Below are positions 1-9,333 of a stretch of 64,000 nt of DNA, piece after piece; the first letter of the stretch is position 1; every line of letters begins with the position of its first letter. The stretch is taken from NCBI GenBank assembly GCA_023379935.1, contig JAMCPD010000017.1, forward strand, positions 67,420 through 131,419, given 5' to 3'. Source of the stretch: Actinomycetota bacterium. GTDB lineage: Bacteria > Actinomycetota > Acidimicrobiia > Acidimicrobiales > JAMCPD01. Under the pieces are notes generated by a model, which saw nothing but the letters and a program-made list of their open reading frames with translations, made no database searches and had not been told where the DNA came from. The translations under genes and the position numbers were made by a program.

Positions 1-111
1 CAAAGGCCCACTTTTTTAACCCAAAAGCCATACTCACCCGGCTATGGACCGACAATGCCACCCCCGTATTACAACCCGGACAGTCCTTACCCAAAAGATC
101 AGAAGAGGTAG
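1..111 (+). CDS. 3' end of an upstream gene (partial), Pro/Tyr-rich C-terminal tail
   Basis: Frame 1 is open from the window edge to TAG at 109-111 and reads ...GYGPTMPPPYYNPDSPYPKDQKR*. No start is visible, so no function can be assigned. Confidence 0.3.
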   Translation, partial: QRPTFLTQKPYSPGYGPTMPPPYYNPDSPYPKDQKR

Positions 112-116
112 ATTAA

Positions 117-803
117 ATGGCTACTGGCTCACCTTCTAAAAGCGCGCTTGTTGGCACTCTCCCTCAAAGTGCTAAGGTGAGAAAGACAGCTCAAACTATA
201 CTGAAAGAGCCGCAGTTTCGTTCCCATACCCCACCGAGACCGTTGCACGGCCTTTTGAGCACCATAGGGCACTGGCTAGACTTTAAACTACCGTCATTCC
301 CCCATCCCTTTGGTTCAAACATTTTTTCCAATATGCTGTGGACTATGTTGATATTGGCAGTTATAAGCGCGGTTATTTTAGGTTTTGCAATCGTGTTGAC
401 ACATCGGTTGACCTCTAAGGCGGTTAGGGTGAAAAGGTTGGAAGACAAAACTCCAACAATACCCGCAAAAACGGATTATTTGAATCCAGACGAGCTTTTA
501 CGCCAAGCAATCCTTGCAGAGAACTCTTCTCAGTTTAATGAAGCTGTAAAACTACGTTTCAAGGCCGGCATTGTTCGCCTGGAAAAAGATGGTTACGTAA
601 CCAATACCCTTACAACTACCACCGAAGATATATCAGAAACCATTGCTTCTCCGACTTTTAATTATCTTGCCAAAACATTCAACGAAATTGCCTATGCCAA
701 TAAAACAGCTGATATACAAGATATGCTTGAGGCGCGTTCGGGATGGGTGATGGTACTAAAGGAAGTTAGCGACACCGTATATGCCGTATCATCATCAAAA
801 TAA
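117..803 (+). CDS. DUF4129-like membrane protein
   Basis: 228-aa ORF with one TM helix (MLWTMLILAVISAVILGFAIVL) followed by a helical soluble domain. Its position directly upstream of DUF4350/MoxR/DUF58 matches the actinobacterial cluster. The family call is from memory. Confidence 0.55.
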   Translation: MATGSPSKSALVGTLPQSAKVRKTAQTILKEPQFRSHTPPRPLHGLLSTIGHWLDFKLPSFPHPFGSNIFSNMLWTMLILAVISAVILGFAIVLTHRLTSKAVRVKRLEDKTPTIPAKTDYLNPDELLRQAILAENSSQFNEAVKLRFKAGIVRLEKDGYVTNTLTTTTEDISETIASPTFNYLAKTFNEIAYANKTADIQDMLEARSGWVMVLKEVSDTVYAVSSSK

Positions 804-2031
804 GTTGTTTCTTGCCGTTAAACAGGCCGGTAGTAGATGGTGGGGAAACCTGGGTTCTAAGTTGAGGTGGTTACTTGTTATATTGTTGTTAATAGGAGTA
901 CTGAATGTCAGCTTTGTTGTGCTTGGAGTTGTCTTTAATACTACCCCCTCGGGGCCTGCCTGGTCATCTTATTCTGATGCCCCAGAAGGCCTGGCTGCAT
1001 ACTCTCAACTGCTTTCTCACTATGGGTATCACGTTTACAAACTGGATACACCGTTGCGCCAAAGGTTGATTACATCCAACAACGCCACAGTGTTTATCGT
1101 AAATCCGGATAACTTAAACTATGGTAGTTATAAAGCGATAAAACAGTTGCTTTACCGCCATGACCGGATAGTTATCACCGGCGTATCAAGCGAAAAAGCC
1201 CTCCAATATATACTTGGACCAAATAATGCACCACAATGGTCTCCTGTTGGAGTTGGGTTGGCTACTGTACGCATAAAAGGTATAACGCCGCCATTAAAAG
1301 TAGCGACACAGGGCCAAGAAGGGTCATGGGGCGAAAGAGGCAGTGGCAAAATATTGGCCCTGTCCCCCTTTGCTTCCTCCGACCATGCCGGGGTTGGCAT
1401 CTTTCCTATACTGGCTGTTCAAGCCTTTGTAGGCAACGGACGGCTCATCATGATCTCCGATGCTTCTTTTTTTGAGAATCAACTGTTGGCAAAAAGCGAT
1501 AATGCAGCTTTTGCACTGTTTTTAGCAGGCGGCATGAGAAAAACAGGCGGTAGGTCAGCCTATTTTGATGAGGCGGTTCATGGGTTTGGTCAAGCCACAG
1601 GATTTTGGGGAATACCCAGTCGGTGGAGGTGGGCTTTTTCCATAGCGCTGCTTGGTGCACTGGGTTGGATGTGGTCAAAAGGACATCGTTTAGGACCTCC
1701 ACAAAATACTCAACGTACACTGCCGCCACCTCGTAAACAGTATGTGGAAGCACTGGCTGCTACGCTTTCGAAATTAAATCCTTATCAAGCGACTATAGAC
1801 TGTTTTCAAAGAAAAGGGCAGTATCAGCTTACCAAGCGTTTAGGTTTACCTGTTGGAACAAACCCGGCAATACTGAAACAAACAGCTCTCCGTTACTCTT
1901 TAGTGCCGCAAACGGTTATAACCGGCTTATTTGATCCTGTATTTGGCAAACCCGGCGTTTTCGCTGCCGCAAAAGCATGCGCTTGGTGTTATGACGAGTC
2001 GATTCAAACTGATGAGATTCCTTTGGAGTAA
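781..2031 (+). CDS. DUF4350-like membrane-anchored protein
   Basis: 416-aa ORF overlapping the previous gene by 23 nt. It has an N-terminal TM helix and a second TM near residue 280. Placement before moxR is typical of the DUF4350 family. Confidence 0.5.
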   Translation: MPYHHQNKLFLAVKQAGSRWWGNLGSKLRWLLVILLLIGVLNVSFVVLGVVFNTTPSGPAWSSYSDAPEGLAAYSQLLSHYGYHVYKLDTPLRQRLITSNNATVFIVNPDNLNYGSYKAIKQLLYRHDRIVITGVSSEKALQYILGPNNAPQWSPVGVGLATVRIKGITPPLKVATQGQEGSWGERGSGKILALSPFASSDHAGVGIFPILAVQAFVGNGRLIMISDASFFENQLLAKSDNAAFALFLAGGMRKTGGRSAYFDEAVHGFGQATGFWGIPSRWRWAFSIALLGALGWMWSKGHRLGPPQNTQRTLPPPRKQYVEALAATLSKLNPYQATIDCFQRKGQYQLTKRLGLPVGTNPAILKQTALRYSLVPQTVITGLFDPVFGKPGVFAAAKACAWCYDESIQTDEIPLE

Positions 2032-2040
2032 GGTGTTGGT

Positions 2041-2979
2041 ATGAGTGTTCTAAGTGAACTAAGGTCAAAAATTACAACTGAAGTTTCAAAGGTTGTCGTA
2101 GGGCAACAGACTATGATAGACGGCATTTTGATATCCTTGGTTTCCGGAGGACATGTGTTGTTGGATGGTGTGCCGGGTGTAGCTAAGACTTTGCTTGCAA
2201 CAGCGGTTGCGAAAACTTTTGGTGCCGATTTTCGCCGACTCCAGTTTACGCCTGATATGCTCCCTTCGGATGTTACGGGGACCATGATACTGAAAGAAGG
2301 GGAGCTTGTTTTTCGGCATGGGCCCGTATTTACCAACTTTCTTTTGGCGGATGAGGTTAACCGCACTCCGCCTAAAACTCAAGCTGCTTTGCTGGAGTCG
2401 ATGCAAGAGGGGCAGGTTAGCATAGAGGGAGTCAGCTATCGTTTGCCGGATCCGTTTTTAGTTATTGCTACACAGAATCCCATTGAGTATGAAGGCACCT
2501 ACCCTTTACCCGAAGCACAGTTGGACCGTTTCATAATGAAATTAGATGTTGGCTATCCCTCCGATACCGAGGAGCTTGCGCTGCTTAAAATGCATTATGA
2601 TGGCATACGACCTGCGGGATTGGATCAGGTATCGCGGGTTGTTACTTTGGATGAATTGAAAGCGGGTAAAGATGAGGTTGATATAACCACGCTAAATGAC
2701 TCTTTAGTATGGTATATCGCCTCTTTGATACGCAGTACCAGGGTTCTCCCTGCAGTACAGCTTGGAGCCAGCCCCAGGGCGGGCGTTCACCTGCTTGCGT
2801 GTGCAAAAGCCATGGCCAGGTTCAATGATAGGAGTTTTGTTATACCGGAAGACATAGCCCAAATAGCCGTACCGGTTCTGGCTCATAGGTTGGTATTGAA
2901 ACCGGAAGCCGATCTGGATCGCTATAAACCCGCTGATGCCATAAGAACAACCCTTGCAAGTGTGCCAATACCCAGATAG
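2041..2979 (+). CDS. moxR: MoxR-family AAA+ ATPase
   Basis: Walker A LLDGVPGVAKT and Walker B FLLADEVNR, followed by LLESMQEGQVSIEG, match the MoxR signature. AAGGTG lies upstream of the ATG. Confidence 0.92.
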   Translation: MSVLSELRSKITTEVSKVVVGQQTMIDGILISLVSGGHVLLDGVPGVAKTLLATAVAKTFGADFRRLQFTPDMLPSDVTGTMILKEGELVFRHGPVFTNFLLADEVNRTPPKTQAALLESMQEGQVSIEGVSYRLPDPFLVIATQNPIEYEGTYPLPEAQLDRFIMKLDVGYPSDTEELALLKMHYDGIRPAGLDQVSRVVTLDELKAGKDEVDITTLNDSLVWYIASLIRSTRVLPAVQLGASPRAGVHLLACAKAMARFNDRSFVIPEDIAQIAVPVLAHRLVLKPEADLDRYKPADAIRTTLASVPIPR

Positions 2980-3010
2980 TTTGGGTTTTTGAGAAAAGAT
3001 TGATTGTGAA

Positions 3011-4276
3011 ATGAGTCCAACGCCAAGAGCAGTTTTCATAGCAGGGATTTTGGCATTATTTGCGCTAATCCTTCCCATATCACCGCTCATCATTGGCATT
3101 GCATTCATAGGATTGGTTGGAGTAACTTTAGCCGATTCCATACAAGCCAAGCGTCTCTCTGTCGCGGCAAAAAGAGAGGTTCCCGTTACCTTAGTCAGAG
3201 GCGTTGAAGTGCCACTGGTTATCACTCTTGAACTTTCATCAAACAATTCCCGTTACACCGTAGAAGTACGTCAGCCAACTCCGCCGGAGTTCAGTTTAAA
3301 ACCGGACAGAGCTGTTGGTGGACTGTCATCTTCGCTTACCCCGTTAGAAAGAGGCCAATATAAGTTAGGGCCTGTATATTTAAGGCGCATGGGGCCTTTA
3401 AATCTTGCGAGATGGGACCTTACGGTACCGTTGGATACTACTGTTAAAGTATTCCCCGATCTGGTCAGTGCCCGCAAAATGGCACTCCTCAGACGTCCCG
3501 CACGTTTTGCCCAATCCCAAAGCTGGTTCAAAGGGCCATTAGGGCTTGGTACCGAGTTCGAATCAATACGGGAGTGGTGCGTGGATGATGATATCAGGCT
3601 TGTAAATTGGCTTGCGAGCGCCAAGGCAGGTAAGTTAATGAGCAATCAATACCGCCTTGATACAGAACGCAATGTTATATGTCTTGTAGATACAGGCAGA
3701 CTTATGTCTGCTCCGGTAGAACAACAAACCCGCCTGGACATTTGTTTGGATGCCCTGGCCGCGGTAGCGGTTATGACCGAAGCTTTGGGTGATCGAATAG
3801 GGGTAGTGGCATTTGATAACTCAATACGACGCAACTTAAGTCCAAGACACAATGGTGCTAATGCTGTAGTCCAGTCCGTGTATGATTTGGAGCCGACGGA
3901 AGTAGACAGTGATTATGAACTTGCATTTCACACAGTAGCACTGAAAAAACGCTCATTGATAGTACTGTTTTGTGATTTAGTGGATGAAGCTACAGCTTAC
4001 TCTTTATTAGATGCTATACCTATTTTGGTTAAGCGCCATACACTGTTGATTGCAAGCATTATTGATCCAGACTTAAAACAGACAGTCAAAACCCCTCCTT
4101 CAAGAATGTCGGATATTTATGAGGCTTTTGTTGCTTTGGAAACTTTGGACGAACGGAATAAAGTTGTATCTAAACTAAGAAAAAACGGAGCTGTGGTGAT
4201 AGAAGCGGACCCGCCTACGCTTGGTGTCAATACCGTTATGGGATATTTAATGTTGAAACAAAAGGCACGTTTTTAA
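3011..4276 (+). CDS. DUF58 (vWA-like) protein, MoxR partner
   Basis: Two N-terminal TM helices, then a DUF58-type core (FESIREWCVDDDIRLVNW, VICLVDTGRLM). It lies immediately downstream of moxR. Confidence 0.85.
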   Translation: MSPTPRAVFIAGILALFALILPISPLIIGIAFIGLVGVTLADSIQAKRLSVAAKREVPVTLVRGVEVPLVITLELSSNNSRYTVEVRQPTPPEFSLKPDRAVGGLSSSLTPLERGQYKLGPVYLRRMGPLNLARWDLTVPLDTTVKVFPDLVSARKMALLRRPARFAQSQSWFKGPLGLGTEFESIREWCVDDDIRLVNWLASAKAGKLMSNQYRLDTERNVICLVDTGRLMSAPVEQQTRLDICLDALAAVAVMTEALGDRIGVVAFDNSIRRNLSPRHNGANAVVQSVYDLEPTEVDSDYELAFHTVALKKRSLIVLFCDLVDEATAYSLLDAIPILVKRHTLLIASIIDPDLKQTVKTPPSRMSDIYEAFVALETLDERNKVVSKLRKNGAVVIEADPPTLGVNTVMGYLMLKQKARF

Positions 4277-5234
4277 ACTCTTTGGTTTCAAGTCTTGTCG
4301 TTCCTCTCCAAAATACAAGTCCCCAAAAGATAGCCGCCAACCCTATGCCAATTGCTAAAGCCAATGGCACCCCAACGCCTATGGGTGTTACAAACCCTTC
4401 TACCATACCTGCTACAATCAAAAATACGGAAGTTCCCAAAGCCATTTCCACAGCTGATCTTGCCCCAAGTGCCAGCGATTTCATCCTTGTCTGCAATCCC
4501 GGATCTATAATAGAACGGGCTATTACGAAACCGGCTGCCCCTGCCACTGTTATACACGAAAGTTCAAGAAGACCATGGGGAACTATTAGTTGAATAAAAG
4601 TAGCTTGTTGTCCCGATCCTATGGCTAAACCAGCAATTATACCAAGTGTCATTCCATTGTATATAAGCAAATAAGCAGTTACAATTCCCAACGTAATGCC
4701 TCCGGCAAAAGCAAGGAATGCTACCGTAATGTTGTGGGTGAATATTGATGTGGCGAAAACACTGCGCATACTGGTGCTAAGACCAAGGTGGGGACTTTTT
4801 GGTTGAACCACCGCTTGATAAGAAGAGGGTAACATCCCGGCTGCAGATCCCGGATCTTTCAACGCCCAAAAGAAACTTATAATAGCCGTTCCGAACTGTA
4901 AAGCTGCAGACAATGCCAGCGGCGCGGGTTGTTTTACAATTCTTTCCCAGTAGGTGTGGCCAAAGAAAGCCAATAGGGGGTCTTTTCTTGAATTGCTCGT
5001 GTATACAAGTCCATAAGCATTCTTGACAAGAGCGTCAAGTTGTGTGACAAACGGTTGATGGGGAAAACGGTATTTCGCAACTTCTAAGTCAGCCACACAC
5101 AATCGATAAAGCATACCCAATCGTTGTATTCCCTCCACACCCAACGCTGTCGGCTTTTTCTTACAAGTTTTTATCATACTTTCCAACTCGATCCAAGCGG
5201 GACTTCGCTGTTGTAAAAAACTTTCCAGGTTCAT
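4236..5234 (-). CDS. SpoIIM-like (DUF95) integral membrane protein
   Basis: 332-aa ORF with a cytoplasmic N-domain and about 5 TM helices. Its 3' end overlaps the DUF58 gene convergently by 41 nt. Confidence 0.65.
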   Translation of the reverse strand: MNLESFLQQRSPAWIELESMIKTCKKKPTALGVEGIQRLGMLYRLCVADLEVAKYRFPHQPFVTQLDALVKNAYGLVYTSNSRKDPLLAFFGHTYWERIVKQPAPLALSAALQFGTAIISFFWALKDPGSAAGMLPSSYQAVVQPKSPHLGLSTSMRSVFATSIFTHNITVAFLAFAGGITLGIVTAYLLIYNGMTLGIIAGLAIGSGQQATFIQLIVPHGLLELSCITVAGAAGFVIARSIIDPGLQTRMKSLALGARSAVEMALGTSVFLIVAGMVEGFVTPIGVGVPLALAIGIGLAAIFWGLVFWRGTTRLETKEFKNVPFVSTLNIP

Positions 5235-5255
5235 TTATCTCTTATAATAGTATAT

Positions 5256-6275
5256 ATGGTTTCAAGTTATAGTGGCGCTGCCGGTTACCAACCTGTTACT
5301 GGTGTTGCCGGTTACGAGGTTGGCAATGAAGATGTGTATTCTACTGTCACCCCAGAGGGGATGAGAATCAATTTTACCTTAGCCGGTATTGGATCCAGGG
5401 CCTCGGCTTTCATATTGGACTCTTTGATAATGTCTGCAGTGATATTTGCAGTTTTTTATTTACTTCTTTTACTTCCTGTGTTCATCGCGGTTTCTTCCCC
5501 TAGTAGTAATACCTCTGCCAATAATACCCCCGGCCTTGCAGCACTGGCTATTTTTGTTGTTATAGCTTTTTTGATGATGTTTGGATATTTTATATTCTTT
5601 GAGGTGAAAAGCTCAGGTCGTACTCCCGGTAAAAGGGCGCTCGGGTTGAGGGTGATTAGAACTAGTGGTCAGCCGGTAACCTTTGGCGCGAGTGCAATAC
5701 GTAATATACTTAGGCTGATAGATATGCTCCCTACAGCCTATTTTGTGGGTGGAGTATGTGTGCTTGCAACAAAGCGTAACCAACGGTTGGGTGATATGGC
5801 CGCTGATACCATAGTTATAAAGGAAACGGTAAACGTCAATCAGAGACTTTCACCACCGCAACCCTTACCGCATCCACCGCCAACACCATATATGCAACCT
5901 GCGCCATACCCACCGCCAACACCATATATGCAACCTGCGCCATACCCACCGCCAACACCATATATGCAACCTGCGCCATACCCACCGCCAACACCATATA
6001 TGCAACCTGCGCCATACCCACCGCCAACACCATATATGCAACCCTTACCGCACCCACCGGAAACATCGTACTGGGATTTGTCGGCTATTACCTTAGAAGA
6101 TTTACAAATTATATCTCAATTTTTAACAAGGTGTAGTTCGCTTGACCTAAAGACCCGGCGTTACTTTGCAGAAGAGATTGCTGCAAGATTATGGAGTAAG
6201 GTGGCTGGTGCTCCGCGAACAATAGACCCTGAGGCTTTCTTGATTCAAATATTGATGACCAAGCGAACCAGGTGA
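5256..6275 (+). CDS. RDD-family membrane protein with Pro-rich tandem repeat linker
   Basis: RDD-type core (GKRALGLRVIR...RLGDMAADTIVI), then 5 copies of PAPYPPPTPYMQ, then a C-terminal helical domain. TATAAT at 5243-5248 lies 7 nt before the ATG with no SD, so the mRNA is probably leaderless. Confidence 0.8.
   Translation: MVSSYSGAAGYQPVTGVAGYEVGNEDVYSTVTPEGMRINFTLAGIGSRASAFILDSLIMSAVIFAVFYLLLLLPVFIAVSSPSSNTSANNTPGLAALAIFVVIAFLMMFGYFIFFEVKSSGRTPGKRALGLRVIRTSGQPVTFGASAIRNILRLIDMLPTAYFVGGVCVLATKRNQRLGDMAADTIVIKETVNVNQRLSPPQPLPHPPPTPYMQPAPYPPPTPYMQPAPYPPPTPYMQPAPYPPPTPYMQPAPYPPPTPYMQPLPHPPETSYWDLSAITLEDLQIISQFLTRCSSLDLKTRRYFAEEIAARLWSKVAGAPRTIDPEAFLIQILMTKRTR
5873..6046 (+). repeat. 36-bp perfect tandem repeat, about 4.8 copies, in-frame within the RDD gene
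   Basis: The unit ccaccgccaacaccatatatgcaacctgcgccatac is repeated head to tail. It is flanked on both sides by gcaacccttaccgcayccaccg. Confidence 0.95.
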
Positions 6276-6300
6276 ACGAAGGTTATCTTTATGAATGGCG

Positions 6301-6340
6301 GGATTGGCGATGAACTGGGTTTTAACAGTTTGAACTGGGT
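6301..6340. repeat. 20-bp tandem duplication in a convergent intergenic region
   Basis: tgaactgggttttaacagtt is followed directly by tgaactgggttctaacagtt (1 mismatch). Confidence 0.9.
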
Positions 6341-6418
6341 TCTAACAGTTTTCCATTTAATATTTTAGTACGGCATCCTTCCTGACATAGGCAGCTACAG
6401 ATATTCCAAACTGGTTGA

Positions 6419-6889
6419 TTATTTGTTAAACAACCATAAGTTGTAAAATACGAACTTACCTACCCACATAACTCCATAAGCGAAGAGATTGGCAAAGTCA
6501 ATCAGCAGTGTCATTGTTTGGTGGGAAGAGACAAAATCCGGTCCATAATGGCTTGCCAGGGCAACGGTTAGCATAGAAAAACCCAAGCCGGCAAAGGATG
6601 TAACCCAAAATGGAATAACTTCTCGCCAAAAATGTGACGGGCCTGATTTTTGCCATGCCCATTGACGGTTTAAGTAGTAGGATGGAACTGTAGCTACCGC
6701 ATTTGCCAACACTGCTGAGGCTACAGCTCCCAAGAGCTTATAGTCATATACTATATAAAGTATCCCAAAAGATACCACTGTTGAGATCACTGAAGTCAGT
6801 GTATAGCGAACTATTTTGATACCCATAGAGGAGCTGAGCCAAACTTGCCATTTACGGGGCAACTTGGCCTTTAATTTGGTTTGCATCAT
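6419..6889 (-). CDS. GtrA-family membrane protein
   Basis: 156 aa with 4 TM helices. The motif YLNRQWAW is typical of GtrA-like proteins. Confidence 0.75.
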   Translation of the reverse strand: MMQTKLKAKLPRKWQVWLSSSMGIKIVRYTLTSVISTVVSFGILYIVYDYKLLGAVASAVLANAVATVPSYYLNRQWAWQKSGPSHFWREVIPFWVTSFAGLGFSMLTVALASHYGPDFVSSHQTMTLLIDFANLFAYGVMWVGKFVFYNLWLFNK

Positions 6890-6952
6890 TTTGCTTATAT
6901 TAGTCTACACTAGTGACTGACATTAACAAGAAGAACAGGATAAAGGTATTGT

Positions 6953-7867
6953 ATGAGTAAAGCTTTGGAGTCGCTGCTTGAACTGTTGGATTTAGAGCAG
7001 ATAGAAGAGAATATTTTTCGCGGATACAGCCCTAAAGAGAGTAGAGGTAGGATTTTTGGTGGCCAAGTTGCGGCACAGGCGCTTATGGCTGCCGGCCGTA
7101 CCCTCAACACCGGTTCCCCACTTAAAAACGACGCCCGCGGTGATGATAGGCGTGCTAGCGTCCACTCCTTGCACTCTTATTTTTTATTGATAGGAGATCC
7201 AACTGTTCCAATCCTTTATGAAGTGGATAGAATACGTGATGGTCGTTCATTTACCACGAGGCGTGTAGTTGCCATACAACATGGCAAAGCGATTTTTCAC
7301 TTATCAGCATCCTTTCATATTCAAGAAGATGGTTTGGAACATCAACTTACAATGCCCAAAGTGCCTATGCCGGAAGAACTGCCGACATTACAAGAAAGAC
7401 TTTTACCTCTAAAGGACCAGTCAAAAGTGGTACAAGACTTATTGAACAGGCCGCATCCTATCGATACTCGCCATATCGGTGAACTACCATGGGAAAAAGA
7501 CAGTACCGGGGTTGTCGGTGAATCAAAACAGCGTCTCTGGTTCAAAACCGACGGGGTGTTACCGGACGATCCCTTGTTGCATGCCTGTGTAGTAGCGTAT
7601 GCATCCGACATGTATTTGATCTTTTCTATTTTAATTCCTCATGGTGTCAAATGGTTTGATCCCGGTTTCATGGGTGCCAGCCTGGACCACTGTATGTGGT
7701 TCCATCGACCTTTTAGGGCTGATAAATGGTTATTGTATGACCAACAGTCCCCCGTGGCTTTTGGAGCAAGAGGGTTGGCGCTTGGGAGTATTTTTGATCA
7801 AAACGGTACTCTTGTTGTTTCTGTGAGCCAAGAAGGGCTGGTACGTGTAGGCAAAACACGACCTTAA
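6953..7867 (+). CDS. tesB: acyl-CoA thioesterase II
   Basis: The N-terminus LLELLDLEQIEENIFRG, then GGQVAAQAL and the double hot-dog length (304 aa), match TesB. Confidence 0.88.
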   Translation: MSKALESLLELLDLEQIEENIFRGYSPKESRGRIFGGQVAAQALMAAGRTLNTGSPLKNDARGDDRRASVHSLHSYFLLIGDPTVPILYEVDRIRDGRSFTTRRVVAIQHGKAIFHLSASFHIQEDGLEHQLTMPKVPMPEELPTLQERLLPLKDQSKVVQDLLNRPHPIDTRHIGELPWEKDSTGVVGESKQRLWFKTDGVLPDDPLLHACVVAYASDMYLIFSILIPHGVKWFDPGFMGASLDHCMWFHRPFRADKWLLYDQQSPVAFGARGLALGSIFDQNGTLVVSVSQEGLVRVGKTRP

Positions 7868-7905
7868 ACTTGCATAAAATCGCGAAACAGTTAGTGCCGA
7901 AGGTT

Positions 7906-9174
7906 TTAGCGCTGATCTATCGGAATATACTCACGTATATCTTTTCCTGTGTAAAGTTGACGTGGGCGTATGATTTTAGAGTCTTGGTCCAACAGTTCAA
8001 TCCAATGAGCCAGCCATCCCGATGTGCGGGCCAGTGCAAACAGCACCGGAAATATCTCCAAAGGGAATCCCATGGCTTGATAGATGATTCCTGAATAAAA
8101 ATCAACATTGGGATAAAGATGACGGTCAAGGAAGTATGGATCACTCAAGGCAACCTCCTCAAGCTTTAATGCGATGTCCAACAGTGGATTCTTACCTGTT
8201 ATCTCGAATACTTCCTCAGCTGTTTGCTTGATGATACGAGCGCGGGGATCATAGCTTTTATATATGCGATGTCCAAATCCCTGTAGCCGACCATGACCGT
8301 CCTTTACTGATTTGATAAAATCTTCTACATTATCCATTGTGTGTATATCTTGAAGCATGCGTATAACTGCTTCATTTGCACCACCATGTCGAGGTCCGTA
8401 TAAAGCAGCGCATGCCGCAGAACAAGCACTGTAAGGATCTGCGTGTGCAGAACCTACCGTTCTCATGGCGGTAGTGGAACAGTTTTGTTCATGATCTGCA
8501 TGAAGTATGAATAAAATATCCAAAGCTCTGGCCAGTGCTGGGTTGGCATCAAAACGCGGCTCTGCCGTCTTCCACATCATTGAAAGGAAGTTGGCGGTAA
8601 AGCTCAAAGAATTATCAGGATATACATAAGGCATTCCCACACTAAAGCGGTGAGCGGCAGCAGCTAAAGTGGGCATCTTTGCAATAAGACGGGTAATTTG
8701 TTTCCAACGTGATTCGGAGTTAAAAATGTCTTTGGCATCCGAGTAAAAAGTGGAAAGTGCCGCCACGGCGGAAACTAACATGCCCATAGGGTGTGCATCA
8801 TAATGGAATCCATCTAAAAAGCGCTTGCGTACGTTTTCATGGATGAAGGTATGTCGTGTCACATCTTTCACCCAAACATCGTACTCTTGGCTGGTGGGGA
8901 GTTCACCTTTTAACAACAAGTAGGCTACTTCTAAATAAGTAGACTGTTCCGCCAGTTTCTCTATTGGATAACCTCTGTAACGGAGTATCCCCTTATCGCC
9001 ATCGATATAAGTAATTGAGCTTTCGCAAATAGCGGTAGTCATAAGCCCAGGGTCATAAAACCATATACCGGGTAGTAATTTTTTCCACTCGTCAACGGCA
9101 ACTCCATCGTTGATAATAGGTATTTCAACTGACTGCCCGGTTCTGTTATCTGTTATTGTAACGCTATTCGGCAT
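7906..9174 (-). CDS. gltA: citrate synthase
   Basis: 422 aa carrying the citrate synthase signatures LHADHEQNCSTT and GFGHRIYKSYDPRA. Confidence 0.95.
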   Translation of the reverse strand: MPNSVTITDNRTGQSVEIPIINDGVAVDEWKKLLPGIWFYDPGLMTTAICESSITYIDGDKGILRYRGYPIEKLAEQSTYLEVAYLLLKGELPTSQEYDVWVKDVTRHTFIHENVRKRFLDGFHYDAHPMGMLVSAVAALSTFYSDAKDIFNSESRWKQITRLIAKMPTLAAAAHRFSVGMPYVYPDNSLSFTANFLSMMWKTAEPRFDANPALARALDILFILHADHEQNCSTTAMRTVGSAHADPYSACSAACAALYGPRHGGANEAVIRMLQDIHTMDNVEDFIKSVKDGHGRLQGFGHRIYKSYDPRARIIKQTAEEVFEITGKNPLLDIALKLEEVALSDPYFLDRHLYPNVDFYSGIIYQAMGFPLEIFPVLFALARTSGWLAHWIELLDQDSKIIRPRQLYTGKDIREYIPIDQR

Positions 9175-9333
9175 GAAAACAGTCTCCTTTGCTTTTTATC
9201 TATCCACTGGATATGGCAATAATCTTACAGAATCATATTACGGAATCATATTCAGATTAGCCGGTATTTTTGACATTATGCAAACTATTTTATACACCGC
9301 TTTTACCTCAACTGCTAAATCCAGCTGTTTTGT

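Noticed and set aside
4282-4593. 103-aa plus-strand ORF, plus the 4288-4557 minus-strand ORF in another frame.
   Set aside because: Both lie inside the SpoIIM-like membrane gene, whose frame gives coherent TM helices. These alternatives do not.
5836-6066. Minus-strand ORF translating MVLAVGMAQVAY repeated five times.
   Set aside because: It is the antisense reading of the 36-bp tandem repeat inside the well-supported RDD gene. It has no independent signals.
7870-8144. Short ORFs 7870-8094 (+) and 7917-8144 (-) at the 3' end of the citrate synthase gene.
   Set aside because: They are contained in or antisense to the strongly supported gltA ORF, and they have no motifs.
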